From NCBI GenBank assembly GCA_937625935.1, contig OW569349.1, positions 310,001 to 374,000 of the forward strand: 64,000 nt of DNA, read 5' to 3'. This DNA is from Tetramitus jugosus. Lineage: Eukaryota; Protista; Heterolobosea. Positions 55,801 to 64,000 of this stretch are shown here, one piece after another. Position numbers and translations under genes: made by a program. Positions within the stretch are counted from its first letter, which is position 1. Every line of letters starts with the position of its first letter. Below the pieces are notes generated by a model, which worked only from the letters and a program-made list of their open reading frames with translations, was not told the DNA's origin and did not search any database.

Positions 55801-58441
55801 CAAGATCAACCATTTTCTCTTTAATTGCTCTCTGTTTGGTACCCAAGTCCTCCATATGCACAACAGGGGCTGGTTCATCAGGGAAAAATTGGTTGATGGA
55901 TCTAAAGTTATAATTGTACTTCAGCTGCAATACATTCGGATCCCAAATATCTTCATCTCCATCAATCTTGATTGAAGAGCGCAAGTTAGGATGTTCGTCC
56001 AACATGTGCTCAGCCATCTTTCTAAATCCTACCTGATTTAAACTGCTAATTAACAGCTTATAGTGAGCATCAAAGGAGGTATCCCTCGTCTGTGACAATC
56101 TCTCTAAATACTCATAGATAAGGTTCACCACCTCTGTAACCTTATAGTAATCAAATTCTGATTTTGTCTGTGCAGCAACTGACACACAAACTTGAAGTTC
56201 ATATGAGAACAATTCGATGAGCGTATCTTCTAAACGTCGAACCAACTTCTCAATCGCTTGAGCTTCTGGGTTTGGTTTAGGAGCCTTCTTTCCCTTAACT
56301 GGTGCACTATTTGACTCCGCCACAAGAGCTTCAATCTTCCATGAGGAGCGTAGTAGGGCAGCTACTCCCTTCACATAGTCCTCTAAACTTCTTAATAGTC
56401 CGGGACTATTATCAGGAGAAATTTTGGAGACTGAAAGTGTCTTATACTGCTTTAAGATTGACTCCAACTCATCACTGTTCTTCTTAATGCTATTCTTAAG
56501 AATAATCGCCTCTGCACCCTTGGATGTCTTTGGCTTCTTTGGCTCTTTTTTCTTTGGTGCTGGTCTGCCACCCTTCTTACCGTTTGTATCCTCTTCTTCA
56601 ACAGGAATATCCTCAGTTTTATCAGTTTCGATAGCTCTCTTCTCATTGACCTTACCTAAACTCTCAGCATAATCATGAAGTCTCTTCAGAGAATAGTCTT
56701 GTGCCTCCTTTCTTCTCTTGAGAGCTCTCTGACTCAACTTAACATCTACTTCCTGCTTTGCTTTCCAGCTTTCGATCGCATAACCAGTGTGCTGGTCTTC
56801 TTCCTCAATAACAACACTACTCTTTAACTCTGAAAATTTTTCATCCTTCAGATAGTCATCGATCAATAAATTATGAATTGGGAGAAGCTTTGGTAAGCTA
56901 TTACCCACAGTCGACGATTGATCTTCAACCTCACAGTTCTCTTTTCTTGACAACAGATTCCAAACTGACTCAGGAATCTGACCGTCAATAGCAGCCTTCG
57001 ATGCCACAAATTGTTTCAGATGTTGTTGGCAGAGAGAGAATGCTCCGCTCAATGATGGCGGCAAATCCAAGTGTATGAATGTAGGTGTGCTATCTGGCTT
57101 TCCAACACCCTGCATTCTTTCATTCTGAATATGGAATAAAGTGTGAATTAATCTTCCATCATATCCGTCATAAAAATCAGGGAAAACTTCGGACTCTTGA
57201 ACTACGCGCAAGAGCTCTCCACTGAACTCATTCAGGAAAGAGTTAATCTCTGGATAAATATAATCGATCTTCTGAGATCTGTAAGCAAGAGGGATATTTG
57301 TTTGGAGCAACATGGAAGCCAATAACAGTTGGGAAAGATACAATCTAGAATAAAGTTCATCTGTCGTATTTGTCAATAGCTTACAACAAGCTACCAGCGC
57401 TGTTGCAATTCTAGCTCCATCAACTGAAAACAACTCGTCTTGTTTGGTCAATGTTTCCACTTCACCTTTTGTTTGTGTATCTGGAGTTGTCACAGCAATA
57501 TTTGAGGCATGAATAGCGCCAAAGCTCTGTATCGCATCAGGAACCATACCCATAACAACAGATGGAATATCAGTGTATAATTCAGTTGAAAACCCATATG
57601 CTCCCAATCCTTTGAAAGTCACATCACAAACAACTGGCACATTGTTCAATAGGAACGAATGATACATGAACAACAAGTTGTCATTCTCTCCAACAACGAA
57701 AGCTGGTCTAGATTGGAACAAGAATTGCTTCCAATCATCGTTTAGCCAATGGTCAAAAATATGACACTTCACATTCAACTTTGTCTTCAAATGGTTAAGC
57801 ATTGCTGAACGGGCAAGCAAGTATCGGTTGTTCATCTTCTCTGATCTAACTGTTACATTGTATCTCTTGAAACTGGTGAAATCAGGTCGAGATTGTATCT
57901 CTGCTGTCACATCGCATGGCGCTCTACCGGCCTTTTCAAAACAAACAATGTCAAATCGAATGGATCGATCCAACAAACTTTGAACAAAAGTTTCCAATCG
58001 ATATGTCAAGTGCAAAAATTGACCACCATGTTCGTCCCAATCAATAAAGTGAGACTTGGAGAGCAACTCTTGAAGAATTGCATCAATATCAACCAGAATA
58101 AAATCTCTGGCACCAGACTGACTCGGTAAATTATAGTATTCCATTCTCACATTTTTGTAGCATATATGAAGAATAAATTGATTCTTTAGCTCCGGTTCCA
58201 CATTCTCAAAATCCTTTAGATCCACGCCCTCTTCCTGCTTTAGCATGAGAGCTTCTGCTTCTTCTTCATCCCTCTCATCTTCTGAATTCTTGTCTTCACC
58301 TTCAAAATTTCTCTCGGCAGCCTCCACTTCTTCTGCGTCCACGTCTTCATCGGGCTCCTCGGCAACACTCCGAACGGGTTTGGTAGATGATTGAACTTGC
58401 GATGAACGTTCATCATCGTCATAACTATCTTCAAAATCCAT
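52850..58441 (-). CDS. Ski2-like DExH RNA helicase, DDX60-like
   Basis: APTSSGKT, PTKAL, DEVH, LSAT, TLALGIHMP and QCAGRAGRRGFD motifs; long N-terminal domain; 1863 aa. Confidence 0.88.
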   Translation of the reverse strand: MDFEDSYDDDERSSQVQSSTKPVRSVAEEPDEDVDAEEVEAAERNFEGEDKNSEDERDEEEAEALMLKQEEGVDLKDFENVEPELKNQFILHICYKNVRMEYYNLPSQSGARDFILVDIDAILQELLSKSHFIDWDEHGGQFLHLTYRLETFVQSLLDRSIRFDIVCFEKAGRAPCDVTAEIQSRPDFTSFKRYNVTVRSEKMNNRYLLARSAMLNHLKTKLNVKCHIFDHWLNDDWKQFLFQSRPAFVVGENDNLLFMYHSFLLNNVPVVCDVTFKGLGAYGFSTELYTDIPSVVMGMVPDAIQSFGAIHASNIAVTTPDTQTKGEVETLTKQDELFSVDGARIATALVACCKLLTNTTDELYSRLYLSQLLLASMLLQTNIPLAYRSQKIDYIYPEINSFLNEFSGELLRVVQESEVFPDFYDGYDGRLIHTLFHIQNERMQGVGKPDSTPTFIHLDLPPSLSGAFSLCQQHLKQFVASKAAIDGQIPESVWNLLSRKENCEVEDQSSTVGNSLPKLLPIHNLLIDDYLKDEKFSELKSSVVIEEEDQHTGYAIESWKAKQEVDVKLSQRALKRRKEAQDYSLKRLHDYAESLGKVNEKRAIETDKTEDIPVEEEDTNGKKGGRPAPKKKEPKKPKTSKGAEAIILKNSIKKNSDELESILKQYKTLSVSKISPDNSPGLLRSLEDYVKGVAALLRSSWKIEALVAESNSAPVKGKKAPKPNPEAQAIEKLVRRLEDTLIELFSYELQVCVSVAAQTKSEFDYYKVTEVVNLIYEYLERLSQTRDTSFDAHYKLLISSLNQVGFRKMAEHMLDEHPNLRSSIKIDGDEDIWDPNVLQLKYNYNFRSINQFFPDEPAPVVHMEDLGTKQRAIKEKMVDLGFRPDPWQNELIEHVDRDRSILVSAPTSSGKTFIAFYVIEKILRENDDSVVVFCLPTKALTNQVFAELYSKYAKKYAHPESRQMLGMFTSSDRINVTTSQILITIPQCLEIMLFSHTKEHIEWRERLRYIILDEVHCMSSDGGDVWEHILLMVKCPFLALSATIGNPKEFTQWLSLNKSDVQLVEHKDRPQPLEFQVFQPALEDQPSKLHSIHPLSVLNAYRIVDQEIDRLQTFSAAECLQFFDSANRVCAMMGVENIFEECDPSKLSQDFGLIDRNKLLQYRKLVTSTVQKYARSQAHQELMLSIFADIRKDLDSSFSLMNSHYSKRVFESQHFLKQHFCQLIMSLRQQRQLPAICFYFSRYFIDKLLETLLIYVKANRINLWETDKDRSQALLQIASVCDELTGLVDEMFIEGLKYGISVHYTAIHENYQKAVERLFRQRALPVVIATSTLALGIHMPARTVVIVGKSKYLDTTLFYQCAGRAGRRGFDSLGRVCLYGIDQATINRYMTSAPPNIMGSMGLKPSFLLRMLISYYETLKHSPEKEENVRTDYLRVLQQPLFVLGKIMPQSLHQVKHYFRYSTEFLLRNGYVDPNGTPLNFASFISRMHYHEPYNFMMTFFARNDMLHNLLKDEEIAYEKRLEGLLAVLAYFFGRIKIFKKDVMCRTVAPLPSGISDAYHGYSTLVKQIYSEFVRSYSCAHPQENIDTELPLSKIQFKYVPGETIAGGTLEEEPEEPQEPAEEEINDEDLMWDEDEEEEEKEEIPEPVEVVQEEPATKEEEEPEVDEGEIVRRLKEQRHQNHSTSSFAALSGNNDQYSTVEKLLATVKHTMVIDSSIIPHVSLESEMLNSYAVDFFSHGHIQRLCRDNSFHSANVAKTHLNQVNNDLRNLRNSLDSMNIPEDDILLLAIRDLSTEFSKRFYGYETRRKKRFLKNLAVESSDLDVYGPKATRGDKQYGDKREDMNQPVKKAKESKERRSGKLMQ

Positions 58442-58998
58442 ATTTGTTTGATATTGTTTGAGACTGAAGAAGTTTTTTTATGCAAAACAATTTTTAAATA
58501 CTGGGTGATTGAAGGAGGTTCACACCGAGATTGATCTCGCAACGTCTGACTCGAAGCTCGTCACATGCTCGTTCCTCCTTGCTCGAACTTCTCGGCCACC
58601 AAAGTCGAAGGCTCATCTTGAGCAATGGAAAGCTGTGATGTTGGTCGAGCATGCCTGGGGTGATCATGTGAAGACGGCAGAAAACTCACCATGTGAAAAC
58701 AAAGAGCGAAACTTCACCTCGCGGATTTTCTTGTCATGAACTTTCAATGACTTCAATGAACAAGGTCAACCACGCAAAAAGTCAACTTGCACAAAATTTG
58801 TTCACCAAAGAAACACAAAAACAAACTTTTCAAACAAACAATCACATTCGTCATAACAAGGTAAGTTCATGTCAAAATGCGTGGGTGATATTTGAATGAA
58901 CTTTGCGAAAAACAGCAAGATCTATTCAGAATAATCCATTTCACATTGAATAAAATCGTAGAGCGTCACACTAATATTATTATTTTTCTATAGAAACA

Positions 58999-59772
58999 AT
59001 GGGTAAAGTCATTAGAGCACAGAGAAAGGGTGGTAGTACCGTCTTCCAAGTCAGAAACAAGAGCGCTATTGGAAAGCCACAACACAGACACTTGGACTTC
59101 TCCGAAAGAAATGGATACATGAAGGGAGTTGTCAGAGAGATTCTCCATGACCCTGGCCGTGGTGCACCAGTTGCAAAGGTTGTCTTCAAGCACCCATATA
59201 AGACTAGAAGAACCACCCAATTGATGCTTGCTACCGAAGGTATGTACTCTGGCCAATTCGTCTATGCCGGAAGAAAGGCAAAGTTGACCATTGGTAACAT
59301 CATGCCTGTTGGTTTGATGCCTGAGGGTACCGTTATCTCCAACTGTGAAGCCAAGGCTGGTGACCGTGGTAAGCTCGCAAGATCTTCTGGTGAATCCGCC
59401 GTTATCATTTCCCACAACGAAGATGAGGCTAGAACCAGAATAAAGCTTCCATCTGGTATGAAGAAGGTCATCGACTCCAAGTGCAGAGCTCAAGTTGGTG
59501 TTATTGCTGGTGGTGGTAGAACTGAAAAGCCATTGTTGAAGGCTGGTGCTAACTACTTCAGATACAAGGCAAAGGGTAAGAAGGTCTGGCCACACGTTAG
59601 AGGTGTTGCTATGAATCCTGTTGAGCATCCTCATGGTGGTGGTAACCATCAACATATTGGTAAGCCATCTACTGTCGGCAGACACACTCCTGCAGGTAGA
59701 AAGGTTGGTCTCATTGCCGCCAGAAGAACCGGTAGAATTCGTGGTGGTAAGGGAGAAAGCTCCAATGAGTAA
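58999..59772 (+). CDS. RPL8: 60S ribosomal protein L8 (uL2), with a 5'UTR intron 58861-58993
   Basis: [19 protein letters not shown] and [20 protein letters not shown] motifs. Confidence 0.98.
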   Translation: MGKVIRAQRKGGSTVFQVRNKSAIGKPQHRHLDFSERNGYMKGVVREILHDPGRGAPVAKVVFKHPYKTRRTTQLMLATEGMYSGQFVYAGRKAKLTIGNIMPVGLMPEGTVISNCEAKAGDRGKLARSSGESAVIISHNEDEARTRIKLPSGMKKVIDSKCRAQVGVIAGGGRTEKPLLKAGANYFRYKAKGKKVWPHVRGVAMNPVEHPHGGGNHQHIGKPSTVGRHTPAGRKVGLIAARRTGRIRGGKGESSNE

Positions 59773-59927
59773 ATTCTCTATCAAAAATAAAACATCCTAT
59801 TGTTTATTAACTTGTAAATCGTTGTTTCAACACCCAATTTTCGACACGGGATGTCTCATTGCATTGACATCCATTAAAAAATTGTTGGCAAGTTGCTCGA
59901 CAATGAAAGTTCCAACGCAACGAAAAT

Positions 59928-62900
59928 TTATTGGGAGTCTGTTGATGCAGACAATCCAAGTTCAGATGACATTGTCCTAAACATATCGAGCAAAACAGTC
60001 TTCATATTGTTGTCGGACGTTGTCACAAACTCACAAAGGATTGGGAAAAGTCTAACAATCATGCCCTTTGGTCCAGATATGATTGCATCAGTCAGGCGTG
60101 TCTGCGCCGTTTCAGATTGAGCTGAACACTTGGAAAACAACGAGTGATGCACTTTCGAACTGCGAAGTTCCTGAAGTACGTTCAACACCTCCTCACGTCT
60201 ATATCTAGGAAGTGGCATTAATCCTGTGCGTTGATCCTCTCGTAAGAAGTTTCTCAATATTTCTGAGCAGCGATCTAACAACATTGGGATCACGTATTGA
60301 CCAATCTCAACCAGATGATCTGATTCTTCACCGCTGACTGAACAATGCTCAGAGGCTTCCTGACTCAACCTGAAAAGGCATTTCAGTGATTCAGCAGCAA
60401 TGGGCTTTGGTGATGTTCTTGTGGCTCTCTCAAGAATAGATAATATTCTTCTTTTGACTTGACCTGAGGCTGCCCGACAATGTGGCAGTGCATGCTTCTC
60501 GATCAGGTGAACGAGTTGAATTTCTTCATCCTCTCCCAGTTCGTCATCCGACTCGTCCGAGTCGTCATCAGAATTTGCGTTCTTGTGATTTTCCAATTCA
60601 CTCGCGTCGCCTGTGGCAGATGGGAACAGGAATGTTTCAATGGCTTGACAAAAATCAAACCACATTTGATTCACTGTTTCTTCGTCACTCTCCTTGTCGA
60701 AATGCTTTGATGAGTTCGAGATTACGGATTCAAACAACTTGATTGTTGATTTCCAAAGTGGATAAAAGAATGGAGGTGATGCGTTTCTCATGCTCTTCGA
60801 GCTAGGATCCACTCTTCTAAATATAATGTACTTTGTGAGCATCATGGTACCGAGGACACCAACGAGGCGATGGTAGAGCTTCTTTTGTACGTTGTCAGGT
60901 GCATTTACGATGCATTCTACTAACTCCTTTTGTACAGCAATAGCTAGTTTGACAGGTGGATGCAGAGACTTGGGAGGAGGCAAATTTTTTGCGTATTTCT
61001 CTCGCTCCTGCACCTCCAGTTGTTCATCGATATCAGATCGAGATGGAAGCAAGGATGATAACTCTTCAAACACGTGATCATATGTCTCTTCGGAATATGA
61101 GCTAATTGTTGATATGAGTACTAAACAAGCCTTTTGAATTGATGAGGGATGCATAATTACATCCATAGCAGTAGGACATCTGAGTAGCTTGTGAGTCAAT
61201 TCTATCATCTGTATAACGTCACTTTGACTGAATATGTTTTGTCTATTCTTATACAGTTCAGTTAGTCCTTCAACAAGCATCATAATCGTGTTATTGTCTG
61301 TGAGTGTAGCAGTGTGGGCGCCATCAGCTATCGTTCTCCAGACACCCCAAGATCCATCCCAAATGATTGTTAGGGCAGGTTCCTCACAAGTATTAAGCAT
61401 CTCTAGAAGATAACGAACTGAACTCTTGCAAATTTCGGCTGTTCTTGTTTGAACTGAGTGATAAACAAATTTCATGAATTTGGAGCACAACTCTTCAAAG
61501 GTTTGAACGTCTTTCAATGTTTTGCTTCCGTGCTCTTTGATAACACGAGAAACACTCTCAATTGTCAAACTACGAGTTTCACTCCATTGTTTTGCTGCGG
61601 TATTTCTGCTATGATGAACCATGATCTGTACCTGCTTTCTGCTTGATACATCAGTTTGACTCGTTTCAGTTACGGCATTAGGCTCTGATTCGGCTTTTCC
61701 TGCTTGATTGTCAATGTTTTGAAGAGCAGGGAGTAAAACTTGATTAATCAGAGCACTCCATGAGTCAATATCAAACTTCTCTCCACAGGAGGTCATGCAA
61801 AAGGTTAATGTACGTAGGGATGCATGCCTAACTTCGGGTCTTCCATCTGTTATCGTATTAACAAGTCGAGAGAACAATTTGATCCACAGTTCAGTTTGAT
61901 TTCTTTCGACAGCCAAGTAATCCGCAATGCTCATGAAAATACCAACAGCAACCAAATTAATGTTGACATCTGTGGCTCTCGATTGAGTAGCATATGCGCC
62001 CACGGTGTCAATATATTGGATCAAATAGTCTGTAGAAAGACTTGAAAGGAACTCGTTACCAATCTGTTGCACTCCCTTGAAGGCAATAGCGAGATACTTT
62101 GGATCCAGAGGAATCTTGTTTGAGTCAGGTGATGGCTCCTCGCAGCATGAGGACAATATTGGCAAAATAATAGGCCATGAGCCAGAGAGTACTTGACCAC
62201 ACTTATGAATTAGATTATTGATCGCATGTAAAACTTTTTCTCTGACATCTTTGTGCTCAGAGTCAAACATGAGTGCTAGAACCGAGAAAACATTTTGTTC
62301 TAATGCAGAGTCAATTGACTTTGGTTTTTCATCTGTTTCAGACACAAATTTGTTATACTCGGGTCTTACTATAGCAAGAATTACACTGGTAACACTATCC
62401 ACACCAAACTTTCGAACATTTTCTTCTGGATGATCCACCAAGAACAAAATATGCGCAGAGAAATAGCTCCAAATTAAATCGACTCGACTTGCATTAATCT
62501 GAACAGTTTCAACCAGTTTTTGAGCTCCAAATAAGCGGGGCATTTCGTTTGGTGGTGTATTTTTCATTGTATCCTTCGAAAGACTACATAGAGCCTTAAG
62601 GACAATGATCAAAGATTCTGAATCTAAATGTTCTGTGCTCTTGAATAGATTGTTGAGAGCTGCGTTCAAAATTTTCAAGTCCTCTTCCAATTCTCCCTTA
62701 AAGTTATCGCGTGTCATTATAGATTCGAACAGTTGAAAATTCTTGAGTAGTAAATACCAGGACGATCCAAGCAAGCCTCCCAAGCAATGAGCAAAGTTGA
62801 ATAAAATCTTGATCACTTGAACATTTTTTCTTGTAATTGGTGATAGTAGTTGATTGTTCGCGATATGAGGAGTAAACTTGCAGAGAGAAGTAAGGAAGGC

Positions 62901-64000
62901 ATCACGTGGTGTCGCAAGGGCAGTCACTCCACAGGTATGAGTAAATAATAAATAGGTTCTCAAAATTAATTGTATCGTTTCCTCTTCTTCGCATCGTTCC
63001 AGCATTTGAGACAAAGCTGCCAGAACAGGGCACCATACATGTTCGATCATAATTTCACAAATCTATTGATTGTTTTGGTTAGATTGAAGTGCTCGATGAT
63101 CATAGGGTAGCATAAATTCACTAATTTCACGTTTATACATACTTCTCTGTTATGTTTAATCTTCTTTGCTGCTTCTTCTGACACTTCTTCATCAAGATCC
63201 AATTTGTGAATATCAGCCAGAATGCTCATTGATGTAGCTGTTACAGATATTGTTTCTAGAGCTAAAGCGAGGCATTCTTCCAGACTTGACATTGGAGCAC
63301 TTCGTTCAAGTAGCGTGTCCAATCGACTTTCTCGTCTTAAGTATTGCTGAAGGGAGAGCACAGAGGTTTGACTTTCTCTGATCATTCGCTGCACAAAATT
63401 ACAAATTGCGTTCACTAAATCGACAATAATGTATCCCTCATTGCTTGAGGATGATGTTTCAGAATTCTGTGGTATTTCCTCATATAATTGTTTAAAGACT
63501 GTTTGTTTCTGGACAATGGCTTTGATCACTTCAAAAGCTAATAGCTTGTACCACAACACACACTCAATATTTACCAAATTATAAATCCGCTGAAGCAATT
63601 CTTTACATTGCACTTTCTAATAATCAATTAAAATTCGAGTCAACAATCACATTTTGCTTTCAACAACAACAACAAAACACAAACATATGCAATATCACCG
63701 TACCATCACTCCATAATAGTATTGTACGATTGAAGATGCAATTCGATAGCATCTTACAATAAAAGTAAAGTCATTGATCGTTGCTGATGGATTATAAATG
63801 TTGCTCGAGATCAATGGACACACTTTTTCCTCAATGATCTGAACGAGTTGAGGATATTGAATAAGAAGTGTTGAATGAGTACTCAATATCGAATCCAACA
63901 ATTCCAATGCAAATAACTGAGACACTCCAGTGACATTGAGCCACATGGATGTATTTCCCTCCACAAACAAACAATAGTCGCGTAATAATAAATACAGGTT
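59928..64000 (-). CDS. MON2: MON2-like endosome/Golgi trafficking protein (multi-exon; 5' end lies outside the window)
   Basis: PRDAFLTSLCK, AHCLGGLLGSSW, RPEVRH and HHSRNTAAKQWSET motifs in HEAT-like repeats. Confidence 0.85.

Noticed and set aside
58966-59784. 272-aa antisense ORF over RPL8 (and similar shadow ORFs elsewhere)
   Set aside because: A by-product of codon bias on the opposite strand of a conserved gene

Overview
Gene-dense, intron-poor eukaryotic (protist) genomic DNA with short GT-AG introns and CAA-rich leaders. The gene content is reminiscent of a heterolobosean/Discoba-type amoeboflagellate, but that assignment is inference only. Housekeeping genes include a DHHC palmitoyltransferase, two acyl-protein thioesterases, type II NADH dehydrogenase, CEP44, V-ATPase subunit e, USP7-like protease, RanBP1, dihydroorotase plus aspartate carbamoyltransferase, an SDR, a 3'-5' exonuclease, a MAPK, a tomosyn-like protein, Nup35, a DDX60-like helicase, RPL8 and MON2. 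Two mobile systems stand out. (1) A 3.2-kb transposase-less element (49592-52803) bounded by 15-bp TIRs and TTAA duplications. It encodes an intact Fanzor1-type RNA-guided nuclease, has a predicted pseudoknotted omegaRNA at its 3' end, and carries a captured, still-open fragment of the host retromer gene VPS35. (2) A family of tRNA-targeting non-LTR retrotransposons stacked 43-52 bp upstream of tRNA-Gly (12414) and tRNA-His (32167), with visible target-site duplications and a conserved 3' hairpin. All calls come from reading the sequence and recognising motifs; no searches were run.
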